From the NCBI GenBank assembly GCA_963749075.1, contig CAVVLJ010000023.1, forward strand, positions 32,001 through 96,000: a stretch of DNA of 64,000 nucleotides, in the 5' to 3' direction. Below, piece after piece: positions 43,415-53,264 of this stretch (its first letter is position 1; every line of letters starts with the position of its first letter). The notes beneath the pieces were generated by a model that saw nothing but the letters and a program-made list of their open reading frames with translations, did no database searches and was not told the DNA's origin. The position numbers and the translations under genes were made by a program. This DNA comes from an uncultured Pseudomonadota bacterium (lineage in GTDB: Bacteria > Pseudomonadota > Alphaproteobacteria > JACZXZ01).

Positions 43415-44409
43415 CGGCGCCCCCGGCAGGCGACGAGGGTCGCGTCCTCGTCCTCTCGGGCGGCGTCGGCGGCGCCAAGCTCGCGCTCGGCCTGGCGCGC
43501 GTGCTGGCACCCGGCCGGCTCGTGGCGGTCGCCAATACGGGCGACGATTTCGAGCATCTCGGCCTCGCCGTCTCGCCCGATCTCGACACCCTCATGTACG
43601 TGCTCGCGGGCCTCGACAATCCGCAGACCGGCTGGGGGCGCAAGGACGAGAGCTGGACCTTCATGGCAGCACTCGCGGCACTCGGCGGCGAGACCTGGTT
43701 CCGCCTGGGCGACGGCGACCTCGCGACGCACGTGGAGCGCACGCGGCGGCTGGCGGCGGGCGAGCCGCTCTCGCGCATCGCCGCCGATTTCTGCCGCCGC
43801 CTCGGCATCGCGACGCGGCTCCTCCCCATGTCGGACGACCCGGTGCGCACGCGCGTGAGGACCGCGGACGGCTGGCTGCCCTTTCAGGAATATTTCGTCC
43901 GCCGGCGCTCCGAGCCTCGCGTCCTCGGCTTCGCTTTCGAGGGCGCCGATCGCGCGAAGCCTCACCCCGATTTCCTCGCCGCCCTGCGCGATCCGGATTT
44001 GCGCGCCGTGGTGGTCGCACCCTCCAACCCCTTCATCAGCATCGATCCGATCCTGGCATTGCCCGGCGTGCGCGCGGCGCTGGCGGCAGCGCCGGCGCCG
44101 GTCGTGGCCGTCTCTCCCATCATCGGCGGACGCGCGGTCAAGGGGCCCACCGCCAAGATGATGGGCGAGCTTGGCCTGCCGCTAAGCGCTGCCGCGGTCG
44201 CGCGCCATTATGGCGCACTCCTCGATTGCTACATCGTAGACGAGCGGGACAGCGCTGCTGCCGCCGAGCTCGAGGTGCCCGTGGTCGCGGCCAAGATCCT
44301 GATGACGAGCCTGGCCGAGCGCGAGGCGTTGGCGCGCGCGGTGCTGGCGGCGGCGGATGCCGTGCCGCGCGCGGCGGCCGTCCGCCGCCGGGGCCGTGGC
44401 GCTCTATGA
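43411..44409 (+). CDS. cofD: 2-phospho-L-lactate/EPPG:FO transferase
   Basis: LSGGVGGAKL, NTGDDFEH, PDLDT, WFRLGDGD, PSNPFISIDPIL, VKGPTAK. Confidence 0.94.
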   Translation: MTAPPAGDEGRVLVLSGGVGGAKLALGLARVLAPGRLVAVANTGDDFEHLGLAVSPDLDTLMYVLAGLDNPQTGWGRKDESWTFMAALAALGGETWFRLGDGDLATHVERTRRLAAGEPLSRIAADFCRRLGIATRLLPMSDDPVRTRVRTADGWLPFQEYFVRRRSEPRVLGFAFEGADRAKPHPDFLAALRDPDLRAVVVAPSNPFISIDPILALPGVRAALAAAPAPVVAVSPIIGGRAVKGPTAKMMGELGLPLSAAAVARHYGALLDCYIVDERDSAAAAELEVPVVAAKILMTSLAEREALARAVLAAADAVPRAAAVRRRGRGAL

Positions 44410-45104
44410 GTGCCGCGGGCGGCATCTGGGCTGCCGTGCCGGTCAAGGATACGCGCCAGGCGAAGCAGCGCCTCGCCGGGCTGCTGCCGCCCGAGCTGCG
44501 CCGTCCCCTGGCACTCGCCATGCTCGAGGACGTGCTCGCCGCCCTCGCCGCTGCTCCCGGCCTCGCCGGCATCCTGGTGGTGACCGAGGATGTGGACGCC
44601 CGCGCGCTGGCCGAGCGCTTCGGCGCAGGCACCGTGGCCGAGGACGCGAACGCGGGCCACACGGCCGCGGTCGCCGCGGCGGCGCGGCGCCTCGTCAAGG
44701 AGGGCCGCGCCGGCATGCTCGCGGTGCCGGGCAACGTCCCGCTCGCGACCGCGGCAGAGGTCGAGCGTTTTCTCGCCGCCCACGGCCCGGCACCCGCCTT
44801 CACAATCGCACCGGCGCACGACGAGCGCGGCTCGAATGCCGTGCTGGTCTCGCCGCCCGATGCCGTGCCGCTCTCTTTCGGCAACGACAGCTTCTGGCCG
44901 CACTTGCGCGCCGCGGAAGTGCGCGGCATCCGCCCCGCGGTCGTGCGCTTGGCTGGCTTCGGGCTCGACATCGACGGCCCCGAGGACCTGGCGGCCTTCG
45001 CCGCGATCGGCCGGCACACCAAGGCGCTCGCCTGCCTCGAGAGCTTCGGCATCGCAAGGACGCTGCGCGCTTCGCGCGCGGGGGCGACAGCCGGGCGGGA
45101 CTGA
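44406..45104 (+). CDS. cofC: Phospholactate/PEP guanylyltransferase
   Basis: [34 protein letters not shown]; GNVP in place of the usual GD.P. Confidence 0.9.
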   Translation: MSAAGGIWAAVPVKDTRQAKQRLAGLLPPELRRPLALAMLEDVLAALAAAPGLAGILVVTEDVDARALAERFGAGTVAEDANAGHTAAVAAAARRLVKEGRAGMLAVPGNVPLATAAEVERFLAAHGPAPAFTIAPAHDERGSNAVLVSPPDAVPLSFGNDSFWPHLRAAEVRGIRPAVVRLAGFGLDIDGPEDLAAFAAIGRHTKALACLESFGIARTLRASRAGATAGRD

Positions 45105-45123
45105 CACCAGGGAGGAGCGGCAC

Positions 45124-46146
45124 ATGCAGATCGGCGTGATCGGCCTCGGCCGGATGGGCGGCAACATCGCGCGCCGGCTCATGCGCCACGGCCACGAGTG
45201 CCTCGTCCATGACCGCGAGGAAGCCGCCACGGATCGCCTCGCTGCCGAGGGTGCCAGGCCGGTGCGGCGTCTCGCGGATTTCGTCGAAGCGCTCGCCGCA
45301 CCTCGCGCCCTCTGGGTCATGCTGCCGGCGGGCGAGGCGACCGAGGCGGCGATTGGCGAGCTCGGCGCGCTGCTGGCTGAGGGCGACATCGTGATCGACG
45401 GCGGCAACTCCCACTTCCACGACGACGTGCGCCGCGCAGCATGGCTCAAGGAGAAGGGCATCCGCTACGTCGACGTGGGCACCAGCGGCGGCGTCTGGGG
45501 GCTCGAGCGCGGCTATTGCATGATGATCGGCGGCGAGCCCGAGGCCGTGGCACACCTCGACCCGGTCTTCGCGGCACTCGCCCCCGGCCTCGGCGACATC
45601 CCGCGCACGGTGGAACGCGGCTCGCGCGACGGGCGCGCCGAGCGCGGCTATCTCCATTGCGGACCGCACGGCGCCGGACACTTCGTCAAGATGGTCCACA
45701 ACGGCATCGAGTACGGCCTGATGCAAGCCTATGCCGAGGGCTTCGATATTCTGCGCAGCGTCGCCAAGGCGGAGATCCCTGCTTCGCGGCGCTACCGCCT
45801 CGATCTCGCCGCCATCGCCGAGGTGTGGCGCCGCGGCAGCGTCATCTCCTCCTGGCTCCTCGACCTCACGGCGTCAGCACTCGCCGAGGATGGCGAGCTC
45901 AGGCACTATTCGGGCTTCGTCGAGGATTCGGGCGAAGGGCGCTGGACGGTGCTGGCCGCCGTCGAGGAGGCGGTGCCGGCCGACGTGCTGACCGCGGCAC
46001 TCTACGCGCGCTTCCGCTCGCGCCAGGAGCACACCTTCGCCGAGCGCCTGCTCTCAGCCATGCGCTTCAAGTTCGGCGGCCACGTCGAGCAGGCGGCGGG
46101 CAGTCCCTCTCCCGCAAGCGGGAGAGGGAGGGACCCGCGGCCGTAA
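45124..46146 (+). CDS. gnd: 6-phosphogluconate dehydrogenase, decarboxylating (short YqeC-like type)
   Basis: [49 protein letters not shown]. Confidence 0.93.
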   Translation: MQIGVIGLGRMGGNIARRLMRHGHECLVHDREEAATDRLAAEGARPVRRLADFVEALAAPRALWVMLPAGEATEAAIGELGALLAEGDIVIDGGNSHFHDDVRRAAWLKEKGIRYVDVGTSGGVWGLERGYCMMIGGEPEAVAHLDPVFAALAPGLGDIPRTVERGSRDGRAERGYLHCGPHGAGHFVKMVHNGIEYGLMQAYAEGFDILRSVAKAEIPASRRYRLDLAAIAEVWRRGSVISSWLLDLTASALAEDGELRHYSGFVEDSGEGRWTVLAAVEEAVPADVLTAALYARFRSRQEHTFAERLLSAMRFKFGGHVEQAAGSPSPASGRGRDPRP

Positions 46147-46247
46147 GGCCGTGGGAGGGTGAGGGACGACGCCGGCATCGGGCATTCCCTCACCCTTCCC
46201 ATCCCTTCGGGATGGGCCCCTTCCCTCTCCCGTAAACGGGAGAGGGA
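46104..46247. repeat. Inverted pair of CCCTCTCCCG...CGGGAGAGGG repeats overlapping the gnd 3' end
   Basis: Same family as 19211-19272; head-to-head arrangement. Confidence 0.82.
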
Positions 46248-46280
46248 TTTCTTGGTTTAGAGGAAGGAAAGGACGACGAC

Positions 46281-47009
46281 ATGGCGGACGATAGGGCACA
46301 GCTTCACGTGGCCGAGAGCGCCGAGGCGCTCGCCCGCGACGCCGCCGATTTTCTCTGCAGCGCGGCCACCGCCGCTGAGGCACGCTTCACCGTGTGCCTC
46401 GCCGGCGGCTCGACGCCCAAGCGGCTCTACGAGCTCCTCTCCGGTCCCGACTATGCCGGCCCCTTCCCCTGGGCACGAGCCCATTGGTTCCTCGGCGACG
46501 AGCGTTTCGTGCCGCACGACGACCGAGAGAGCAATTACCGCATGGTGCGCGAGACGCTCCTCGCGCGCGCGCCGGTGCCTCAAGAGAACGTCCACCCGGT
46601 GCCGACCGAGGGCCTGACGCCGGAGGCCGCGGCCGCGGCCTACGAGCAGGAGCTCAAGCGCCATTACGGCTCGGCTACGCTCGAGCGGGAGCGCCCGCTC
46701 TTCGACGTGACCCTCTTGGGCCTCGGCGAGGACGGCCACACGGCGTCGCTCTTCCCCGGCCATGCGGCGCTCGAGGAGCGCCAACGTTGGGCGCTCGCGG
46801 TGGCGGGCGCCAAGCCCGAGGTGCGCATCACGCTCACCTATTCCGTGCTCGAGAGCAGCCGGGAGGTGGTCTTCATGGTGGCGGGTGCCGGGAAGCGCGA
46901 GAGGCTCGCCGAGGTGCGGCGCGGCGGCGCGCTCCCGGCGGCGCGCCTCAAGCCCGTCGGCCGGCTCCACTGGTTCGCCGACCGCGCGGCGGCTCCCGAA
47001 GGGGCCTGA
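46281..47009 (+). CDS. pgl: 6-phosphogluconolactonase
   Basis: LAGGSTP, GDERFVP, SNYRM, LGLGEDGHTASLFP, RITLT. Confidence 0.94.
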   Translation: MADDRAQLHVAESAEALARDAADFLCSAATAAEARFTVCLAGGSTPKRLYELLSGPDYAGPFPWARAHWFLGDERFVPHDDRESNYRMVRETLLARAPVPQENVHPVPTEGLTPEAAAAAYEQELKRHYGSATLERERPLFDVTLLGLGEDGHTASLFPGHAALEERQRWALAVAGAKPEVRITLTYSVLESSREVVFMVAGAGKRERLAEVRRGGALPAARLKPVGRLHWFADRAAAPEGA

Positions 47010-47019
47010 GCGCCGCGGC

Positions 47020-47796
47020 TCAGGCGAGCGTCATCTCGGTCAGCGGCACCACGCGCACGCCGGCCGCCTCGAGGCCCTGGCGCACGGCGCGCGCGGCCTC
47101 GACGGCACTCGGCTCGTCGCCGTGGACGCAGAGGCTGTCGAGCTTCTGCGGGATGTGCTTGCCGTTGCGCGAGACGATCTCGCCGTCGAGCACCATGGCG
47201 ACGACGCGGCGCTTGATCTCCTCCGCGTCGTGCAGCACGGCACCCGCGATCTTGCGCGAGGTGAGGTTGCCGTCGTCGTCGTAGAGGCGGTCGCAGAAGC
47301 CCTCGCGCGCGAGCGGCAGGCCGAGCTCGAGTGCCGCGTGCTCCATCTCCGAGCCGGCCAGCGCCACATAGATCATCTTTGGGTCGACCGTCTTCATGGC
47401 GCGGCCGATGGCGAGCGCCATGTCGCGGTTCTCCGCCGCCATGTTGTTGAGCGAGCCGTGCGCCTTCAAGTGGCTCACCTTGACGCCGGCATAGGCGGCG
47501 ATCGCCTGCAGCGCGCCGATCTGGTAGGCGACCATGTATTCGAGGTCGCGCAAGCCCATGTCGATGCGGCGGCGCCCGAAGCCCCAGAGGTCGTTGAAGC
47601 CCGGGTGCGCGCCGATGCTGACGCCCTTCTCCTTGGCGCGCATCACCGTGTGATGCATGACGTTGGAATCGCCCGCGTGGAAGCCGCAGGCGACGCTGGC
47701 GGAGCCGATGACGTCGAGGAGGGCGTCGTCGTTGCCGATCTTGAAGGCCCCGAAGCTCTCGCCCATGTCCGCGTTGAGATTGACTTCCTTGGCCAT
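47020..47796 (-). CDS. pxpA: 5-oxoprolinase subunit A (LamB/YcsF)
   Basis: NADMGESFG, ACGFHAGD, GAHPGF..GFGRR, HLKAHGSLNN, LCVHGD. Confidence 0.88.
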   Translation of the reverse strand: MAKEVNLNADMGESFGAFKIGNDDALLDVIGSASVACGFHAGDSNVMHHTVMRAKEKGVSIGAHPGFNDLWGFGRRRIDMGLRDLEYMVAYQIGALQAIAAYAGVKVSHLKAHGSLNNMAAENRDMALAIGRAMKTVDPKMIYVALAGSEMEHAALELGLPLAREGFCDRLYDDDGNLTSRKIAGAVLHDAEEIKRRVVAMVLDGEIVSRNGKHIPQKLDSLCVHGDEPSAVEAARAVRQGLEAAGVRVVPLTEMTLA

Positions 47797-47947
47797 CGCC
47801 GCACTCCTCCTCAAGCCAGGCCGCCGGCCCTGGTCTTCCGCCGGCCCCTGTGGTACGAAGCCGATCTGGTACTAAGATCGAGACGATCATAAGATAGGCC
47901 TTTCCGGCCGATCAATCGAATCATCGGCTCCGTGGCGGGCGGTCGAG

Positions 47948-48670
47948 GTGACGGCGAGATTCCTCTCGAGCGGCGACAGCGCGCTCGTGGTCGAGTTCGG
48001 CGAGCGCATCGAGCGGCGGCTGAGCGACGAGGTGTTGCGGCTCGATGCGCGCGTCCGCGAGGCGGGGCTTTCCGGCGTCGTCGAGACCGTCCCCACCCTG
48101 CGCTCGCTCATGGTGCATTACGATCCCTTGCGTACGAGTGCCGCGGAGCTCCAAGCGGCGATCGAGCGGCTCATGGGCGCCGCGGCGGCGCTCGAGCGCA
48201 AGGGGCACCTCTGGCGTCTGCCGGTGTGCTACGAGGACGACTACGCCCCCGACCTCGCCGAGGTCGCCGAGAGGAAGGGGCTGGCGCCCGAGCAGGTCGT
48301 CTCGCTCCATTCGGGCACCCGTTATCACGTCTACATGATCGGCTTCCTCCCCGGCCTGCCCTACATGGGCGACCTGCCGGAGGCGCTGGCGCTGGCGCGG
48401 CGCGCCGACCCGCGCGTGCGGCTTCCCGCCGGCGCGGTCGCCATCGCCACCACCATGACCATCGTCTATCCGCTGGAGAGCCCGGGCGGCTGGCATCTCA
48501 TAGGGGCTACGCCCGTCCGCCTCTTCGACGCGAGCTGGCCGCAGCCCGCACTCCTCGCCCCCGGCGATGCGGTCGAGTTCGAGCCCATCGACAAGCGCGC
48601 ATTCGCCAAGCTCAAGACCGCGGTCGAGCGCGGCAAGTATCAGCCCCACCACGAGGAGCTGGCACCTTGA
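47948..48670 (+). CDS. pxpB: 5-oxoprolinase subunit B (AHS1/KipI)
   Basis: GDSALVVEFG, YAPDL, IGFLPGLPY, YPLESPGGWHLIG. Confidence 0.88.
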   Translation: MTARFLSSGDSALVVEFGERIERRLSDEVLRLDARVREAGLSGVVETVPTLRSLMVHYDPLRTSAAELQAAIERLMGAAAALERKGHLWRLPVCYEDDYAPDLAEVAERKGLAPEQVVSLHSGTRYHVYMIGFLPGLPYMGDLPEALALARRADPRVRLPAGAVAIATTMTIVYPLESPGGWHLIGATPVRLFDASWPQPALLAPGDAVEFEPIDKRAFAKLKTAVERGKYQPHHEELAP

Positions 48671-49701
48671 GCGCCGCCCTCAAGGTCGTAGCACCCGGCC
48701 TGCACAGCACGGTGCAGGACCTAGGCCGCTTCGGCTATCAGGCGGCGGGCGTGCCGGTGTCGGGCGCCCTCGACGCCGTGAGCCTGCGCCTCGCCAACCG
48801 CCTCGCCGGCAATGGCGACAATGCCGCGGCCCTCGAGATCCTCTACCACGGCCCGACCTTCGAGGTGGAGGCAGCGAGCGTGCGCGCAGCACTCGCGGGC
48901 GGCGGCGCCGTGCTCGAGCTCGTGGGCGAGCGCGCGCAACTGCTCGGCGGCTGGAGGAGCCACAGCTTCCGCCGCGGCGAGCGCTTCCGCGTGAGATTCC
49001 TCGAGGAGGCCTCCTGCTGCTATCTGGCGCTCGAGGGCGGCATCGCGGTCGAGCCCTGTCTCGGCAGTGCCGCCACTTACGTGCGCGGCGGCTTCGGCGG
49101 CTTCAAGGGGCGCGCGCTTCAAGCGGGCGATCTCCTGCCGCTCGCCCGCGAGAGCGTGGAGGAGCGTCCCGAGCTCGCACTTTTAAGCCCGCCCGGGGCG
49201 GGGCGCGAGCGGCCGCTCCGCGTCGTGCTCGGGCCGCAGCAGGATCATTTCAGCGAGGCGGCCTTGGAGCACCTCCTCGGCGCCGGGTTCGCCGTCTCGA
49301 AGGACGCCGACCGCATGGGCTTGAGGCTCGATGGGCCGCGGCTCGCTCACCGGGACGGCTACGACATCGCCTCCGACGGCATCGCCACCGGCGCCATCCA
49401 GGTGCCCGGCTCGGGCCAGGCCATCCTCTTGCTCGCCGATCACCAGACGACCGGCGGCTATCCCAAGATCGCCACGGTGATCTCGGCCGACCTGCCGCTC
49501 GCCGGCCGCCGCCGGCCGGGCGATGCCGTGCGCTTCGCCGCCGTCGAGGTGGCGGAGGCGGAGGCCTTGCGCCGCGCCGAGGAGGCGGCGTTCCAGGCGC
49601 TCGCCGCCAGCTTCGTTACGGCCGAAGCCGCCGCCGGCTTCGATCCCGAGCGCCTCTACCGCACGAACCTCATCAGCGGCGTGGTCTCGGGCCATGAGTG
49701 A
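48667..49701 (+). CDS. pxpC: 5-oxoprolinase subunit C (AHS2/KipA)
   Basis: TVQDLGRFG, ANRLAGN, DRMGLRL, GAIQVP, DHQTTGGYPKIA. Confidence 0.9.
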   Translation: MSAALKVVAPGLHSTVQDLGRFGYQAAGVPVSGALDAVSLRLANRLAGNGDNAAALEILYHGPTFEVEAASVRAALAGGGAVLELVGERAQLLGGWRSHSFRRGERFRVRFLEEASCCYLALEGGIAVEPCLGSAATYVRGGFGGFKGRALQAGDLLPLARESVEERPELALLSPPGAGRERPLRVVLGPQQDHFSEAALEHLLGAGFAVSKDADRMGLRLDGPRLAHRDGYDIASDGIATGAIQVPGSGQAILLLADHQTTGGYPKIATVISADLPLAGRRRPGDAVRFAAVEVAEAEALRRAEEAAFQALAASFVTAEAAAGFDPERLYRTNLISGVVSGHE

Positions 49702-49740
49702 GGGGGTATGACCGGCGATCAAGCAGGCTAGGGTGGCATC

Positions 49741-50060
49741 ATGGGTCAATTGGCGAAGACCTTCCGGCTGAGCCGCATCCCGCTCTATCTCCAGGTGGCG
49801 GCCACGCTCGCCACGCCGCACTCGCCGTCCTCGCCGCGATGAAGGACATCGGCATCGCGTCCGCGCGCCAGACCCTCGTCATCGCGAGCGCCGATCCCGA
49901 GACGGCGCGGCTCTTGAAGGTGCCGCTCAATTCGCCGACCGCCGAGGCCCATTGCGTGGTCATCGACCGCCGCGGCTTCGCCATCTACATTGCCGACATC
50001 ATCTACCGCGGCGATTGCATCCGCATCGAGACCAGCCTGCGCGCGCCGCCGGAGCGCTGA
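49741..50060 (+). pseudogene. HutC-type GntR regulator with a large internal deletion
   Basis: N-terminal SRIPLYLQVAATL joins out of frame to the UTRA end (ARQTLVIASADPETARLLKVPLNSP...IIYRGD). Confidence 0.75.
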
Positions 50061-50079
50061 GGGAGCCCGAGGGAAGTCC

Positions 50080-52431
50080 ATGAGCGACACGGCCAAGGGC
50101 GTCGGCGCGCGCATGGAGCGCAAGGAGGACGAGCGCCTGCTGCGCGGCCGCGGCCGCTACGTGGCCGACATCCGCCTCCCCGGCATGCGCGAGGTCGCCT
50201 TCGTGCGGAGCCCCCTCGCGCACGCGCGCATCAGGGGCATCGCGGTGCCCGAGCGCCTGAGCAGCTCCGTCTTCACCGCGGCCGATCTGGCCGGCGTCAA
50301 GCCGATCCGCGCCGTCTCGGGCCTGCCGGGCTTCAAGCCCTCGGTGCAGCCGGCCCTCGCCACGGGCAAGGTGCGCCACGTGGGCGAGCTCGTGGCGATG
50401 TGCGTGGCCGACAGCCGCGCCGCTGCCGAGGACATTGCCGCTGCCGTCACGCTCGATCTCGAGGAGCTCCCCGCCGTCCACGACATGCTGCAGGGGCGTA
50501 CTGCCGGCGCGCCGCTCCTCCACGAGGAATGGGGCGACAACATCTTCCTCGAGACGCGCATAGACGGCGACATCGAGGCGGTGGCGGCCGAAGCCCCCAT
50601 CCGCGTCAGCCGCGAGTTCCGTACCGCCCGGCAATGCATGGCGCCGCTCGAAGGGAAGGGCGTGCTCGCCGAATGGGACAACCGCCTGGACCAGCTCGTC
50701 GTCTATAGCGCTACGCAGATCCCGCACATCGTGCGCACGGGGCTTGCCGAGTGCCTCGGCCTCGAGCAGGGCCAAGTGCGCGTGATCTCGCCCGACGTGG
50801 GCGGCGGCTTCGGATATAAGGGCATCCTCGCCGCCGAGGAGATCGCGGTCGCCTGGCTCGCCATCAAGCTGGGCCGCCCGGTGCGCTGGATCGAGGACCG
50901 GCGCGAGCACTTGACGGCCGCGGCCAATTGCCGCGAGCACCACTACCGCATCGCCGCCTACGCGGCGCGCGACGGCAGGCTCCTGGCCGTCGATTGCGAG
51001 GCGACCGTCGATTCCGGCGCCTATTCGGCCTATCCCTTCTCCGCCTGCCTCGAGGCGGCGCAGGTGGCGAGCATCCTCCCGGGTCCTTACGACTTCGCCG
51101 CCTACCGCTGCCGCACCTATTCGGTCGCCACCAACAAATGCCCGATCCTGCCCTACCGCGGCGTGGCGCGCACCGGCGTCTGCTTCGCCATCGAGCTCCT
51201 GCTCGATGCGATTGCGCGCGAGGCAGGGCTCGAGCCCTACGAAGTGCGCCTCAAGAACCTGGTGCCGCCCGAGCGCATGCCCTTCGAGAACATCACGAAT
51301 AAGCACTTCGACAGCGGCGACTACCCGCAATGCCTCAAGCGCGCGGTCGCGGCCATCGGTCTCGATGGGTTGCGCGCGCGCCAGCGCCGCGGCGAGCCCG
51401 ACGGAAGGCTCTTGGGCGTCGGCCTTGCGATCTTCTGCGAGCAGGCGGCGCACGGCACCTCGGTCTACGCCGGCTGGGGCATTCCCATGGTGCCGGGGCA
51501 CGAGCAGGCGACCGCGCGCCTGACGCCCGACGGCGGGCTCGAGCTCCGCTTGGGCGTGCACTCCCACGGCCAGGGCCTCGAGACGACGCTGGCCCAGGTC
51601 GCGCATGAGGTGCTGGGCGTCGACCCCGCCAGGATCAAGACCGTGCTCGGCGATACGGCGCTGACGCCCTACTCGACGGGCACCTGGGGCTCGCGCTGCA
51701 TGGTGATGGCGGGGGGTGCGGTGACCCGCGCCTGCCGGGAGATCGCCCGGCGCGCCGCGCGCATCGGCGCCAAGCTCCTGCAGACCGAGGAAAGCATGGT
51801 CGTCGTTGCCGAGGGCGAAGTGCGCGGGCCTCGCGGCGCGGTCACCCTCGCCGAGATCGCCAAGGTCTGGTACCTGCGGCCGCAGGATCTCCCCGCCGAC
51901 GTGGACCCCGGCGGGCTCGAGGCCACGGCCGGCTACAAGCCGCAACGCGACAGCGGCACCTTCAGCTACGCGGCGCACGCGGCCGTCGTCGCCGTCGATG
52001 CCGAGACGGGCGAGGTCGAGATCCTCGACTATGCCATCGTCGAGGACGGCGGCGTGCTGGTCAATCCCATGATCGTCGACGGGCAGGTCTTTGGCGGTGC
52101 CGCCCAGGGCATCGGCACGGCGCTCTACGAGGAGATGCCCTTCGACGCGAGCGGCCAGCCACTCGCCTCGACGCTCTCGGATTACCTCCTCCCCGGCGCC
52201 ACCGAGGTCCCCGACATCCGCATCGAGCATATGGAGACGCCGTCGCCCTATACCGAGTTCGGCGTCAAGGGCATCGGCGAGGGCGGCGCCATCGGCCCGC
52301 CGGCAGCGCTCGGCAATGCGATCAACGACGCGCTGCGTGCGCTCGGCGCCGAGCTGGCGGCGACGCCGATGACGCCACGCCGCATCCTCGAGGCGATCGC
52401 CGCGGCGAAGCTTCGGCGCGGCCCGGCATGA
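50080..52431 (+). CDS. Xanthine dehydrogenase/CoxL-family molybdopterin-binding subunit
   Basis: RKEDERLLRG, DVGGGFGYKG, PYRGVAR, HGQGLETT, GTWGSR, GVKGIGEGG. Confidence 0.9.
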   Translation: MSDTAKGVGARMERKEDERLLRGRGRYVADIRLPGMREVAFVRSPLAHARIRGIAVPERLSSSVFTAADLAGVKPIRAVSGLPGFKPSVQPALATGKVRHVGELVAMCVADSRAAAEDIAAAVTLDLEELPAVHDMLQGRTAGAPLLHEEWGDNIFLETRIDGDIEAVAAEAPIRVSREFRTARQCMAPLEGKGVLAEWDNRLDQLVVYSATQIPHIVRTGLAECLGLEQGQVRVISPDVGGGFGYKGILAAEEIAVAWLAIKLGRPVRWIEDRREHLTAAANCREHHYRIAAYAARDGRLLAVDCEATVDSGAYSAYPFSACLEAAQVASILPGPYDFAAYRCRTYSVATNKCPILPYRGVARTGVCFAIELLLDAIAREAGLEPYEVRLKNLVPPERMPFENITNKHFDSGDYPQCLKRAVAAIGLDGLRARQRRGEPDGRLLGVGLAIFCEQAAHGTSVYAGWGIPMVPGHEQATARLTPDGGLELRLGVHSHGQGLETTLAQVAHEVLGVDPARIKTVLGDTALTPYSTGTWGSRCMVMAGGAVTRACREIARRAARIGAKLLQTEESMVVVAEGEVRGPRGAVTLAEIAKVWYLRPQDLPADVDPGGLEATAGYKPQRDSGTFSYAAHAAVVAVDAETGEVEILDYAIVEDGGVLVNPMIVDGQVFGGAAQGIGTALYEEMPFDASGQPLASTLSDYLLPGATEVPDIRIEHMETPSPYTEFGVKGIGEGGAIGPPAALGNAINDALRALGAELAATPMTPRRILEAIAAAKLRRGPA

Positions 52432-53264
52432 AGCCCGCCGCCTTCGCTTACGCGCGCCCGGCGAGCCTCGCGGAAGCGGGCGAGCTATTGCGGAGTGCTG
52501 ACGGCGCCAAGGCGCTCGCCGGCGGCCAGTCGCTCGGCCCCATGCTCAACCTGCGCCTCGTCGAGCCGCGGCTCCTCGTCGATCTGACCGGCATCGCGGA
52601 GCTCACGCGCGTCGAGGAGGAGCGCGACGCCGTGACACTCGGCGCCTGCATCACCCATGCCGACATCGAGGACGGCCGCGTCCCCGATCCCACGGGCGGC
52701 CCGCTCGCCGCGATTGCTGCCGGCATCGCCTATCGCGCCGTGCGCAACCGCGGCACCATCGGCGGCAGCCTCTGCCACGCCGATCCGGCGGCCGACTGGG
52801 TCTCGGTGCTCGCCTGCCTCGGCGCCGAGGCGGTGATCGCGGGCGCTTCCGGGCGCCGCATCCTGCCGGTCGAGCGCTTCATCCGCGGCGCCTTCGAGGC
52901 AGCACTCGAGCCGGGCGAGCTCCTCTCGGCGGTGCGCATCCCGCGCCTCTCGCCGAGTGCGCGCTGGGGCTTTTGCAAGCTCTGCCGCAAGCCGGGCGAG
53001 TTCGCCCATGCGCTGGCGGCGGTGGCGTGCGATCCCGCCCGCGGCTTCCTCCGTCTCGTGCTCGGCGCCACGGGCGGCGCTCCGATGCTGTTGCCGGATG
53101 CCGCGTCCTTCTTCGAAGAGGCGGGCGGGACGGGGACGCTCGGCCGCTTCCGGCACGCGCACGCGGCGGAGCTTTTAGCCCAAGCCGTCCCTGGCGATGC
53201 GATCGAGCGGCAGTGGCGGCTCGCGGCCCTCAAGCGCGCCGCGGCCGCGGCGGGCGCCGCATGA
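52428..53264 (+). CDS. CoxM-like FAD-binding subunit
   Basis: MKPAAFAY, AGGQSLGP, VRNRGTIGGSLCHADP. Confidence 0.9.
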   Translation: MKPAAFAYARPASLAEAGELLRSADGAKALAGGQSLGPMLNLRLVEPRLLVDLTGIAELTRVEEERDAVTLGACITHADIEDGRVPDPTGGPLAAIAAGIAYRAVRNRGTIGGSLCHADPAADWVSVLACLGAEAVIAGASGRRILPVERFIRGAFEAALEPGELLSAVRIPRLSPSARWGFCKLCRKPGEFAHALAAVACDPARGFLRLVLGATGGAPMLLPDAASFFEEAGGTGTLGRFRHAHAAELLAQAVPGDAIERQWRLAALKRAAAAAGAA

